DNA of 64,000 nt, from contig NW_003314269.1 of the NCBI RefSeq assembly GCF_000143415.4, positions 334,401-398,400 on the forward strand, read 5' to 3'. The DNA comes from Selaginella moellendorffii. Taxonomy: Eukaryota; Plantae; Lycopodiophyta. The notes beneath the pieces are model-generated. The model was not told the origin of the DNA and ran no database searches. It saw nothing but the letters and a program-made list of their open reading frames with translations. The first letter of the stretch is position 1. Each line of letters opens with the position of its first letter. Positions 1-12,552 of the stretch are shown here, one piece after another. Both the position numbers and the translations under genes were made by a program.

Positions 1-657
1 ATGATTGTAGCTATATTATGTGTTTTTGATTGTGAACTCACATGCTATTCATAACTTTTTGCTGCATATCTATGCCACATTATAGTCTATATGAACCTTG
101 AAATACTATATTAGCAAGAGCAATCTGGATCTAAAATAAATTACTTAAATAACTTTCAGATGTCCAAGATTTGGGAAACGTTTTGCTATAGACAACTAGT
201 AACAATAAAATAATTGTAAGACTTCTTAGAATTAAAAAAAAAAAATCACATTGAAAGAGTTACCTACTTTTTAATATTGTTACATCCCTGATAGAAAAAG
301 GTATTATAAATATCAATTTATAACTATTTAAAATTTTATAAATATCTATATAATAGTTTCATAATGAGTAATTCATAAAAATAATAGAATTTCTTATATA
401 AGTCTTAACAATCAAAACCATAAACAAATTCTTTTAAAAGTAAATTTTCTGCATATCCTATATAAAATTTTAATGTAAGTTTTATTGTTAATATCATCAA
501 TTATTTTAGAAAAAAATAATTTAATATAAGAATAGTTTATTGTTGAGAAAAATAAAATGTAAAACTAGTTCACTCTAATAATAAGATAATTTAACAAAAG
601 AAACAAAATTAATTTAAAGTTTTCTATATGCTAAAATATATACTTAGTTTTAGGTAT

Positions 658-820
658 TGTAAGTGTATTGAATATGGAAAGAGAATACAGAAAATATGCA
701 TCCCAATTAGCCCAAAAACCCTAGATTATTTATAAAAGTAAGTGGTCCAAATTAAAACCAATCCAATAGCTACGAAAATCCCACTATAGTAATATTAATA
801 TATAGCATCATGACCTCACA
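658..820 (-). repeat. 3' LTR of family G copy 1
   Basis: Aligns by eye with 20757-20932 and 28745-28910; abuts the PPT. Confidence 0.85.
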
Positions 821-2332
821 TCATCCCCTCCTCTTGAAATGATGGAAGACCATTAGGGTTCTCTCATGGATGGGCCGGGATCTGGAAGAACATCAAAATA
901 GGGCATTAGTGGATTTGTAAGTGGTATTAGTTGTTCTTGATCCTTTTGTACAAAACATTTTAACTGTTGCACATGCATAATTTCTAGAGGATTGGCTTGT
1001 TAGATATCATGTTGAACTTCATAAATTTGTAGTCCAATTTACTGCAAAACCCAATATGGTCTTTTCCACTGAGTAAAGAGCCTCTTAGATAAACCATGTA
1101 CTGTAAGATGCCCCGGGCTTATGGTGAACAACTTAAAGGTCTGGAAAACTTAGTACTTATTGACAAACTTGTTATGCCAATAAGTACTATCCACGGCCCA
1201 ACTTTGTGATCCTTTTATGGGTCTTTTATAGAGACTACTTTCTTCAAACTCACTATGTCATCGCATTGATATAGTTCATTTCCCTTAGGTGTTCTTCCCC
1301 CTTGGTCACCTTGACCAAGCCACACCATCATCAATAATTCAAATCAACACTTTGAACTAGGAACCTTATTCTTTAACCCCACAAGGACTTTGTCCTTGTT
1401 TTAGCCATAAGATCACCTAGTGATTTAACTTTGGCACATTGACAGGTTTGCCAATAAATACTAAGTCTTCTAGACTTTTAAGTTGTTCACCATGACCCCA
1501 AGGCATCCCCCACACTTGGCAATACACTCAAGCTAGCCCTTCCAGCTAAAGGTCCATAATGATTGAGATTGGGTGTCCCCATCTCATTCACCACGTCCTT
1601 GGTGCCACTTGCATTAAAGTGTTCAAGTTAGATATGCCGAGCTTTCACACTAAGCAATTTAATTGTGTATCATAACTTTGGGGCATCCCCCGTTTGGTAG
1701 TGTGCTCAAGCTAATCTCCTTACTGAGAGTCCATGACCATTGAAAAATAAGTGTCCTCATATTCCAACCCTTCACCACATTCTAGTGAGTTAGGACTCGA
1801 ACCCAAGCACTAGAGGGTTGGGACTTGAACCCAACCTTCATATGTGCATCTACCAACGGCATCACATAAGATGCCTGGTGTGACTCCCCACGCCGGTGCA
1901 CAAATTTATACTTAAAGCATGCTACAAATCACAGTTTAGGAACTTAGATCCTCTACACTGCCAAGTCCTTTTACTTGACAAGTCTGTGATCATGCATGGA
2001 CTCCTCTATGCTTAGCCTCATGGGCCACTCCTTTTGAAGTTGGCACCTTCAACTAGGGTATTTGTTCCCCCCAACTTTCCAATCTCACTTAGCAAGTCAT
2101 CTGACCACCATAACATGGTTCATGTATAAGCATGAAAGTCCTTGACCATCGACTTTTGTTCAAAGCCATTGTAAGCGACTAAATTTTCCATTCTACTTTA
2201 GTCACATAACCACACCTCTGACCACTTGGAGGAGTCTCACGCACAACCTCCGTAAGTCCTATCCTGGACTTAGGGACTTGCTAGCCGTAAGAATGGCATC
2301 CATGCCACTCAACCATTGCACATTGGTCCAAG

Positions 2333-3315
2333 TGTAGTGCATGTGATCATGGGATGAGATTTGGATATACTATCACCATGGATCCTTGGAACCTTAGGGG
2401 ATAAATAGGGATAAAATAGCCACTAAGGGCTTTCTCATCAAGCAATTGCCCCTTTTCCAGTTGACTTAAGGGGAGAGAGATAAGGTGTGCTATATCGGAG
2501 CAAATGGCACGAGTTCGATTCCCATTGATTAGTGGCTACTTAAAAGTATAATATACCCTTGAGCAAGGTATATTCCTACCCCTAAATTTGAAATCGTATG
2601 TATTGGGCATCCATGCATACGTCCTTCCTCTTGTGTGGAGTATCCACGGACGAAGGTATCCACCGTGGGACTATGGTACGGGTGGATGTACTCAAGGTAT
2701 ATTCCTACCCCTAAATTTGAAATCGTATGTATTGGGCATCCATGTATACGTCCTTCCTCTTGTGTGGAGTATCCATGGACGAAGGTATCTACCGTGGGAC
2801 TGCGGTATGGGTGGATGTGCTCAAGGTATATTCCTACCCCTAAATTTGAAATTATATGTATTGGGCATCCATGCGTACGTCCTTCCTCTTCTGTGGAGTA
2901 TCCACGGATGAAGGTATCCACCGTGGGACTGCGGTACGGGTGGATGACTAGTTGCCTCACATGGAATAACTGGTCTACACAATGGAAGGATTGGTAGATT
3001 GAGTGCGGAAATGGAGGTGTTGATTCCTTTTAGCTTAGTAAGGGTTGTTAGTCAATAGTCAATGAGGACATTGACATCTTTGAAGGGGGGGTGAGTGTAG
3101 TGCATGTGATTATGGGATGAGATTTAAATATACTGTCACCGTGGATCCTTGGAACCTTGGGGGATAAATAAGGATAAAATAGCCACTAAGGGCTCTCTCA
3201 TCAAGTAATTGCCCCTTTTCCAGTTGGCTTAAGGGGAGAGAGATAAGGTGCGCTACAGTTGGTATCGGAACAAATGGCATGGGTTCGATTCCCATTGATT
3301 AGTGGCTACCTAAAA
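2333..3315 (+). mobile_element. TRIM-type miniature LTR retrotransposon, tandem arrangement (LTR-internal-LTR-PBS)
   Basis: 162-bp direct repeats 2333-2494 and 3096-3257 (TGTAG...CTACA). PPT GAAGGGGGGGTGAG before 3096. tRNA-iMet-type PBS TGGTATCGGAAC at 3260-3271; the first PBS is damaged by a 7-nt deletion. No pol. Confidence 0.85.
2564..2946. repeat. Three tandem 129-bp repeats inside the TRIM
   Basis: Units start at 2564, 2693 and 2822 (CAAGGTATATTCCTACCCCTAAA...) and are nearly identical. Confidence 0.95.
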
Positions 3316-4988
3316 TATGGAGCATCCAAGGCTTGATCACAAAGACCACATTTTCAGATATCCACATTGCACTAACACTCTTCTTCAACCACCTTCAAGA
3401 TCCAATTGTGAAGCTAAAACATTAACAAGAAAAATGACATGGAAAATCAAACTCTAAGGAAACTTCCTCATCATTTAAAATAATAATGCCACTTCCACTA
3501 ACACAAGTGTTAGTAATGTCAATACCTCAACCTCATACCTTCTCTATCCAACAATCTACTCCAAGTGTTAACAGATCAACTAATGAGCTATAGCAAATGC
3601 TACAACCCTTTCCAACACCTTATGGGCAAACCCTCAAGGAAACAAAGAACAAGGAACCAACTTAAACTTAGCATAATGGACCACCATCGAGAATCTAGTC
3701 AAAGCTACTACTACGCTACTTTGTGCAAGTAGACTAGCTTCACTATCAACCACTTTGGGGTTAATCATCGTTTAACCGAGCAACTTCGTAAACACATTGC
3801 ACATTATCAGATGGATATGATATAAAAATCACAATGACTTGATCATCAATTGAGCAACACCATGAGCAACTCCCACGTCATTACTACAAAGGTTTATGTG
3901 AGTGTCAAGTGTCAACTCGATTCAACAAAATGCAACATAAATGTCACACTCTACCGATAGAGACTTATAACACTAAACACCACTAACTTTTGTTCACAAC
4001 ATGGACAAGCTCATGCCATTCTCTTTCCGACCAAACTCAACACTAATCCAACACCAAGCTACTCAAGGAGCAATAGCAAAGTTCCCCAGAAAAGAATTGA
4101 GCATTGCAACTCAAGTCTTCCAATAGCAAGCCTAGACAAAATGGTTTAGCACTTTACCGACATCCATCCCACAACTCACCATTTGTAAGACCATCATCTC
4201 CAACATGCATCAAGGTAGGGACTCTTGATTGCATAATGTGAACACAAGCAATGAGTCACACCTCGTTGCAAATCATCTCTCCAAGAAGAGAAGATGATTT
4301 ACGTGTTTGATCCTTCATCCCCGATGACTCTCTTTTCGGTCTCATCTTTGACTACACCTCAAGCTTGCATTCACACTGCCTTCAGTCCAATCCAAGAAAA
4401 GTTTATGAGAGAGCACGACAATGATTACTTGAACCAATAGACTAATCCCTACAGTCTTGGTTCATTCACTTGTAATCATGCCTAGGAAAGATCCACTAGT
4501 GCCGTGCTAAACAGCTACGGACCAACCTATTTGCCACTCATAGCAAACCTAGGAAGGTTTGCTTTCACTCACGGTACATGGAACAACTCATGGAACAACT
4601 AATAGGCTAACATTAATCTTGCCAACTCAAAGTGTAACCTTGAGTTGTTAATGTGCCTCACTCACGAGCCCAAGCTCAAACTCGTGTAAAACGGTATGGC
4701 TCATTCCATCCTATGAGCCCAAGAGCAAGCTCACAGAATATAGTACAACAAGGTAACGAAATCCATACCTAAGGAACAATTGCGAAGCCTTTGCACCCAA
4801 ACGTGTACCCACTTGGATCATCGTTTTTATCTCTGCGTATGCAACGAGACTAGTTACCCAATCTCGTTGGATAGTACTCGCCGAGACTCATCCTCTGATA
4901 CCAAATGTAGCGCACGTGGTTTTGACCCTTTATCCTATGGTGATTTACCATAGGATAACACCACGAAGCGGAACCTAAACCCTCTTTG

Positions 4989-5027
4989 TGCCACGTGACA
5001 GATGCCACGTGTCACATGCCACGTGTC
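4989..5027. promoter_or_regulatory. Triple G-box/ABRE array in the family-B LTR
   Basis: TGCCACGTG at 4989, 5003 and 5017 (14-bp period); another CACGTG near 4913. Confidence 0.55.
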
Positions 5028-5142
5028 CATAGGAACCCGAGGTTCAGGGCCTTGGGCCATTGAACGAAAGAACAGTGCCAAACTCCCAAGCATAAAGCCC
5101 AAGGAGCGAAGGGACAGGAGCCCAGAGCGACTTAGAACAGTC

Positions 5143-5579
5143 TGTGAGACACAAAATCCCTAGGCCCCAAAGTGGAGCCGGAAAGGGTGCCACGTGGTAG
5201 TGGCTGAAGCGAGAGCCAAACGAGCGTAACACGTTTGGACCAAAAGCTCCAACTTGAAAAGTCAAGAGCGGGAGTGGAACTCCCAACGAAGTGCTCGAGG
5301 AACGAGCACGAAGCGAGCAAAAAGCGAGGCTCCAAAAAGGGACCCAAAAGGACCAACACATGACACGTGGAAGTGTCCGAGATGGACTCGAGTTGGAGTC
5401 CGAAGTGGAGTCCGAGATGGACTCGAGTTGGAGTCCGAAGTGGAGTCCGAGATGGACCCGAGTTGGAGTCCGAAGTGGAGTCCGAGATGGACCCGAGTTG
5501 GAGTCCGAAGTGGAGTCCGAGATGGACCCGAGATGGAGTCCGAGATGGAGTCCGAGATGGAATCCGAAGTCGAGACCGG

Positions 5580-5623
<44 letters not shown>

Positions 5624-6732
5624 TCGGGACCGAGACCGAGACCAAGGCCAAGGCCGAGACCGAGCCCGAGCCCGAGTCCGAGTCTGAATCCGAGTCCGAG
5701 TCCGAGTCCGAGTCCGAGTCCGAGTCCGAAGCCTGAGAGGGTGAAAGCCCAAAGCGTTCGTCTCCCAGACCCTGGGGGGTTTGGTGAGCTCCAAAAGTAT
5801 AGTAGGGGGAGGACTGCAGTGGAGCCAGTTTGGCCAGGAAAGGCCAGTTTGGCCCAGGAAGGCCGGACCCAGTGTTGGGTGATGAGATGCCCACTGTGAA
5901 GTCCAAGACTAGAGTGAACACGGACCGACAAGCGGGGTAGCTTGGTGAAGTGTTCAAGAGCCGGCTCCAGTTCCCCCGGGAGATCGACTGGCCGATGCTC
6001 CCAGTCCAAGTGTGGGTGGCACTACCTACTTGGATACCTGTCGTGGCTCAATGGAACCTCGCTCTAAGCCCATGGCTAGAGCACCTAAAGGCGGAAGGCG
6101 GGGAGAGTACCCAGGTGGCTCGCGTAAGGCCACGGTGTTCCGAAATGTTGTCCCAAAGGCCCAAACTGTGGAAAGGAAGAGGAGCAGTCCTCTGGGGTAG
6201 TGACCAAGGACACAGTCGTGTGGTGAGGAAGTCCCAGAGGACTGTGGGACTTAGTGGTCGGGCCTGTGGGTCTCGATCCAGTGGCAGTGTTGGCAAGCAC
6301 GGCCAGGGGCAGAAAGGGACTTAGTGGGGACTGACAGAGGGATATTGGGGAAGGTTATTCCCCTTGTCGGTGGGCATCCTAAGGATGCTAAGGAGTGGAT
6401 CTGAGATGACCACTCACGGATGGTTTGCCTAGTCTTGGAGAGCCAAGACGGTGATGCAAGTGGTATTGGACTACCAGTGTGGCAAAGGTGATTGGGCATG
6501 GCCTTAGCGTAACAGGCTGCTATGTCAGTGGTACCTTTGAGTGTCGGCCATGGGATCGGACACGTGGTGCACTTGGACCAAGTGCAAATGTTGAGTGGCA
6601 TGGATGCCATTCTCGGGGCTAGCAAGTCCCAAGTCCTGGATTGGACTTATGGAGGTTGTGAATGAGACTCCTCCAAGTGGTCAGAGGTGTGGTTAAGTGA
6701 CTAAACTAGAATGGAAAATTTAGTCGCCTACA
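5143..6732 (+). repeat. 5' LTR, family A
   Basis: Direct repeat of 10834-12552; followed by the PBS. Confidence 0.95.
5377..5729. repeat. Compound minisatellite in the 5' LTR: four 35-bp units, 12-bp units, (CCGAGA)n and (CCGAGT)n
   Basis: GATGGACYCGAGTTGGAGTCCGAAGTGGAGTCCGA x4 (5381-5520), then hexamer runs. Confidence 0.95.
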
Positions 6733-9700
6733 ATTTGGTATCGGAGCTGTTCCTTAGTCTGACTTTTATTGGTGCTCAAATATATCACCACTGGTGTTGG
6801 CAACGGAAGGTCCGAGAAGTGGGCCTATCCTTGAGGAGTAGCAGGTCGGGAAGATATGGCTCTCCATTACAGTTCATGTGTGAACTTGTAGACAAGGTGG
6901 TGGATAGAAAAGGGCCAATAATGGAACGACTTTGGGATCTTGGGAACAGTATATGGTTTTCCTCAAAGAGTTGAGGATGTGATCCAGATGAGCGTTTGAC
7001 TTAGCAAACTGGCTAATGTAGTTGTGGTAAACAACTACAGTTGGGATCACGGGAAAGATAAAGACTCCAAAGCAATAAAGGAGTCACAAGATTTTCCTCA
7101 TATAGTTGAGGTTGGTGCTCATGAATGTGAGACCAGAAGTAATGACCGTGGGAGGTCAAATACGGAAGAGGACTCAAGTCCTTGAAAAGGTAGCCGGGGC
7201 TACCTCTAATAAATGCTGGAACAACCCAAGGAGTTGGGGGTGTATTAAGTGGATGAGTTGGTGTTCTCATCACATGGACAAATAGTCCTAAGGGGCAAAG
7301 GTTGCCCCCAGAGAACAAAATCAAATGTCGGAGTAACACTTGTGAAAATAGTCCTTTTGAGTAGGACAGGAATGCAAGAAGTGTATTCCAGTGAGCTAGT
7401 GCCTCACAAGTAGGACCTTACGGGTCTGTGGATTAACCAAGTTCAAAACTGCTGGATGACTCAAGTAGAGTCAACGGATGGTCCTAAAAGGACTGATGGA
7501 AGCATTTGGACTGAGGTGTGTTGTACCCCACAAAGGATGGGGGGGGATCATAGGATCCAAGGATGAGAATAGAGGGTATCTCATCGATGGCAAAATGTGC
7601 CATGCTAAAGTTATGGGAAAGGTGTTCCCAGAAGAAAACAACTTTGACATAAAGTTGTGTGTGACCTCTATGGTGCAGTGCTAACGGATGGTTGGCATGA
7701 GAAAGAGCGGTGTTGGTCTTGGCAAAGACTTAGACACGAAGGGGAAATGTCATAGAGGTAGGCTCGTGGAGCTGATGGTGTGGAGACACTAAATGTGCCA
7801 AGGTGTGATACCTTGAGGCTATGTTGGTGGGTTCATGAGAACCCCTTGCCATAGGAATCCCAATGGAAATGGGAATAGCATAGCCTAAGCTGTAGAGCAT
7901 GCAGTTGGAGTGTGGTGACCCAGATAATGATGGAGGTGTGAAAGCACCAAGCAATGAGTTGTAGGACTTGACAACTATGAGGCAACTAAGCAAGAGGTGC
8001 AAAATAACTGATTAAACGGGTAGAAGGTAGCTACCCAAGACTTCTTAATAGCATAGGGAAGTTGGATATACCCTTACGGGGGATAAGTTGCTTGTGTTGC
8101 AATATAGTAAGTCAATATCATAAAAGGAAATACTCATTGTCAAGAAAGCCATCATTGGGACACCCGAACACTCTAGAACACCAGAAGGTGGTATTTGATG
8201 TCGCGAGGGCAATGGATAAAGCCCAAGGGACTAAGTCCCTAGCGAATGATGGATAGAAGGTGCTATCCAAATGTCCAAGGTTGCGGAGACAGGAGAGGAC
8301 TGTCTACCCGAGTTAGACAAAGCCAAAAATGGAATTTTGGCAAGGCTAGTGATGGGCATGTAAAGGCCCATAAGCAACAATGTAATCCCAGTGTGTGGGA
8401 TTATAAGGTGAGCATACCCGGATTGAGGAACCACTCCCTAGGCTATTGGGTAGATTCATCCCTAAGAATACTTGCTAAAGCATGATAGAAAGTGCAAAGC
8501 TATCCTCCTGGTCTGGAGGAGAATGACCAAAGGAAAGGTGTGAAGCCAAAAAGCAAGAAGCGAGGGGATAGAACCGAACCGTAGGAATCAAAGGGCATAA
8601 CCAAGGTTGGTTATGCCAGCTGGGAGTGGAGAATCAAGTGGAGGCTCGAGGGTGTTGCCGCTAGCAACCGTGATGCCATGGAGAGTCTAAAATATGGAAA
8701 TGTCCATGTTAGACTATGTGGCATTTAGAAGGCTTGCAAAAAGGGAGGCCTTAGCAAGCTGAGGGACAAAGTTCCTTCAAAGTTCCCAAAGACGATTCTA
8801 GGTAGCTTAGTACCTAGAAAGGCCAAGTGTAAATGGTTCATGGAATGCGCGAAATCAGAGTGGCGCAGCAGAAGCGTGGTCTTGAAGCTTGCCATGAGGC
8901 AAGGCTATCAAGGTTAGGGAAGTAGTTCCCGAGTGTTCAAGGAGAGGGCTTTGAACGAAAGTCAATGGTTAAGGACTTTCACGCTTATGCAGGAACCATG
9001 TTACAGTGGTCGAAGGACTTGCCAAGCGAGATTGGCACGTCGGGGGAACAAATACCCTAGTTGAAGGTGATAACTTCAAAAAGGGTGGGCCATGGGGCCG
9101 AGCATGGAGGAGTCCATGCATGATCACAGACATGTCAAGTGAGAGGACTTGGCAGTGTGGAGGAACTAGGTTCCTAAGTTGTGATCTGTAGCGCGCTTTA
9201 AAAATAAGTTGGTGCACCGGCGTGGGGAGTCACGCCAGGCATCTTGTGTGATGCCGTCCGTAGATGCATATACGGAGGTTGGGTTCGAGTCCCGACCCTC
9301 TAGTGCTTGGGTTCGAGTCCCAAATCACTAGGGCGTGGTGATGGTTTGGAATATGAGGACACTCATATTTCGGTGGTCATGGACTCTCAGTGGGGAGACT
9401 GGTTTGGGCACACCGCCAAGCGAGGGATGCCTCAGAGTCGTGATGCACGGTTAGATTGCTTAGTGTGAAAGCTCAGCGTATCTAACTTGAACGCTTTGGT
9501 GCAAGTGGCACCAAGGTCGTGGTGAGTGAGATGGGGACACCTAATCTCAGTTGCTATGAACCCTTGTCCGTAAGGGCTGGCTTGGGTGCACCGCCAAGTG
9601 TGGGGGATGCCCCCGGGGTTATAGTCAACAACTTGGAGGTCTAGAAGACCAAGTACCTCTTGGCAACTCTGTTAAGGTGCCAAGGTGAGATCACTAGGTG

Positions 9701-10833
9701 ATCTTATGGCCAGATAAGGACAAGGTCCTTGGTTGGCTAAGGAATGAAGTTCCTGGTTCAAAAATGTTGAAATTGAACTATTTAAGGTGGTGTGGCTTGG
9801 TCGTGATGACCAAGTGGGAAGAGCACCTAAGGGAAATAAACTATGTCCTTGCAATGGCATAGTGAGTCCGAGGAAAGTAGTCTCTATAAAAGACCCATGG
9901 GAGGGTCACGAAGTTGGGCCATGGATAGAGCCCATAGCAGAAGATGCTAAAGAGATGTACTAGGGGTGAACATCCTCCGGATTTGGCAAAGAAGAGTCTT
10001 TGCTATGGAACTGAAACAATACCTCAAGGAGGGAGGTAGAGATTCGATGTTGTTTGGTGCAACAATCAACGGATAGGAGCAAAAGATGAGTGGCCAAGAT
10101 AGGGCCGTGGAATCCCTTGGAAAGAATCCAAGTGACAAAGTTAGGCGAGGAACACTAATGTGTTGGACGCTAACAAGTTGCGGGAAAGGAAGTGTGTTTC
10201 CAAGGAGGGATTCCGAAATGCTCCGATTTGGCGAAAGTGGAAGCTCCAAGGGAGGGAGCGGTAAGGTAGCCAAATGATAGGGCCATGAACAGCCTTAGCA
10301 CAAAGTATGATAACTGGAACTTTGGCACGAAATAGAAGAGAGGATGATGGTGCCTTCGAGTAGAGAACTTCCTAGGATGGGAAGTGGAGTTGCACAAAAG
10401 GTGCAAGGCAAGGTGTCGGAGACACCTAGGAAATTGACTCCAAGAAGTCAAAATTCAAAGTTCCAAAGTGCAAAGGTTATATCGATGGAAATTGAGACTA
10501 CTCGAGAAGGAGTAGTGGGATTGACTTAGAGAAGGGTCTCTAAGAGGTTTAGCGAGAACTAAACCAATAAAAGGAGAGAACCACTATATGTGGTCCAATC
10601 AGTCTCTAAGTTGGAGAGACTACCCTCCTTAGAGGATATGCAAAAGGCATGGTGAGCCTTCAATGTCCAACCATTGACGAATATGGAGAAGGCATGGTGA
10701 GCCTTCAATGTCACACCATTGACAAATATTGGCTACGCGCCAAGGATAGAAATGGTAACACATGCGGGTGTTACTTTATAAAATGGTTCACCGTTCGATG
10801 AGGACATCGAACTTCGTCTATGGGTGGTGGAGT

Positions 10834-11399
10834 TGTGAGAAACCAAAATCCCTAGGCCCCAAAGTGGAGCCGGAAAGGGTGCCACGTGGTAGTGGCTGAA
10901 GCGAGAGCCAAACGAGCGTAACACGTTTGGACCAAAAGCTCCAACTTGAAAAGTCAAGAGCGGGAGTGGAACTCCCAACGAAGTGCTCGAGGAACGAGCA
11001 CGAAGCGAGCAAAAAGCGAGGCTCCAAAAAGGGACCCAAAAGGACCAACACATGACACGTGGAAGTGTCCGAGATGGACTCGAGTTGGAGTCCGAAGTGG
11101 AGTCCGAGATGGACTCGAGTTGGAGTCCGAAGTGGAGTCCGAGATGGACCCGAGTTGGAGTCCGAAGTGGAGTCCGAGATGGACCCGAGTTGGAGTCCGA
11201 AGTGGAGTCCGAGATGGACCCGAGTTGGAGTCCGAAGTGGAGTCCGAGATGGACCCGAGATGGAGTCCGAGATGGAGTCCGAAGTGGAGTCCGAGGTGGA
11301 CCCGAGATGGACCCGAGTTGGAGTCCGCAGTGGAGTCCGAGATGGACCCGAGATGGAGTCCGAGATGGAGTCCGAGATGGAGTCCGAAGTCGAGACCGG

Positions 11400-11443
<44 letters not shown>

Positions 11444-12552
11444 TCGGGACCGAGACCGAGACCGAGGCCGAGGCCAAGACCGAGCCCGAGCCCGAGTCCG
11501 AGTCTGAATCCGAGTCCGAGTCCGAGTCCGAGTCCGAGTCCGAGTCCGGAGCCTGAGAGGGTGAAAGCCCAAAGTGTTCGTCTCCCAGACCCTGGGGGGT
11601 TTGGTGAGCTCCAAAAGTATAGTAGGGGGAGGACTGCAGTGGAGCCAGTTTGGCCAGGAAAGGCCAGTTTGGCCCAGGAAGGCCGGACCCAGTGTTGGGT
11701 GATGAGATGCCCACTGTGAAGTCCAAGACTAGAGTGAACACGGACCGACAAGCGGGGTAGCTTGGTGAAGTGTTCAAGAGCCGGCTCCAGTTCCCCCGGG
11801 AGATCGACTGGCCGATGCTCCCAGTCCAAGTGTGGGTGGCACTACCTACTTGGATACCTGTTGTGGCTCAATGGAACCTCGCTCTAAGCCCATGGCTAGA
11901 GCACCTAAAGGCGGAAGGCAGGGAGAGTACCCAGGTGGCTCGCGTAAGGCCACGGTGTTCCGAAATGTTGTCCCAAAGGCCCAAACTGTGGAAAGGAAGA
12001 GGAGCAGTCCTCTGGGGTAGTGACCAAGGACACAGTCGTGTGGTGAGGAAGTCCTAGAGGACTGTGGGACTTAGTGGTCGGGCCTGTGGGTCTCGATCCA
12101 GTGGCAGTGTTGGCAAGCACGGCCAGGGGCAGAAAGGGACTTAGTGGGGACTGACAGAGGGATATTGGGGAAGGTTATTCCCCTTGTCGGTGGGCATCCT
12201 AAGGATGCTAAGGAGTGGATCTGAGATGACCACTCACGGATGGTTTGCCTAGTCTTGGAGAGCCAAGACGGTGATGCAAGTGGTATTGGACTACCAGTGT
12301 GGCAAAGGTGATTGGGCATGGCCTTAGCGTAACAGGCTGCTATGTCAGTGGTACCTTTGAGTGTCGGCCATGGGATCGGACACGTGGTGCACTTGGACCA
12401 AGTGCAAATGTTGAGTGGCATGGATGCCATTCTCGGGGCTAGCAAGTCCCAAGTCCTGGATTGGACTTATGGAGGTTGTGAATGAGACTCCTCCAAGTGG
12501 TCAGAGGTGTGGTTAAGTGACTAAACTAGAATGGAAAATTTAGTCGCCTACA
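10834..12552 (+). repeat. 3' LTR, family A (array 11069-11549 is 128 bp longer)
   Basis: Offset to the 5' LTR changes from 5692 before the array to 5820 after it. Confidence 0.95.

Larger units (their letters stand above)
5143..12552 (+). mobile_element. Young non-autonomous LTR retrotransposon, family A (LARD-like, gypsy-derived)
   Basis: LTRs 5143-6732 and 10834-12552 are near identical (TG...CA). 5-bp TSD CAGTC at 5138-5142 and 12553-12557. PBS TGGTATCGGAGC at 6736-6747. Purine-rich tract before 10834. The 4.1-kb interior has no long ORF, only an integrase-tail-like RKLTPR remnant near 10430. Confidence 0.93.

Noticed and set aside
2529-2997. Repeat-protein ORFs over the 129-bp repeats
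   Set aside because: The unit is a multiple of 3, so frames stay open on both strands; no recognisable domain.
2333-3257. Cassandra (5S-bearing) element or hammerhead retrozyme
   Set aside because: No 5S rRNA similarity; the closest word is CTTGATGAG (minus) without the CUGAUGA...GAAA core and stems.
5381-5520. 35-bp repeats as a CRISPR array
   Set aside because: Contiguous units with no unique spacers, no cas genes, eukaryotic LTR context.
5044-6009. Long ORFs with RS/GL/SD/PR dipeptide runs (also 10733-11829)
   Set aside because: Products of stop-free hexamer/35-mer repeats in LTRs, open in most frames; not SR proteins.
9279-9323. tRNA gene
   Set aside because: Only T-arm motifs; no D-arm, anticodon arm or acceptor stem.
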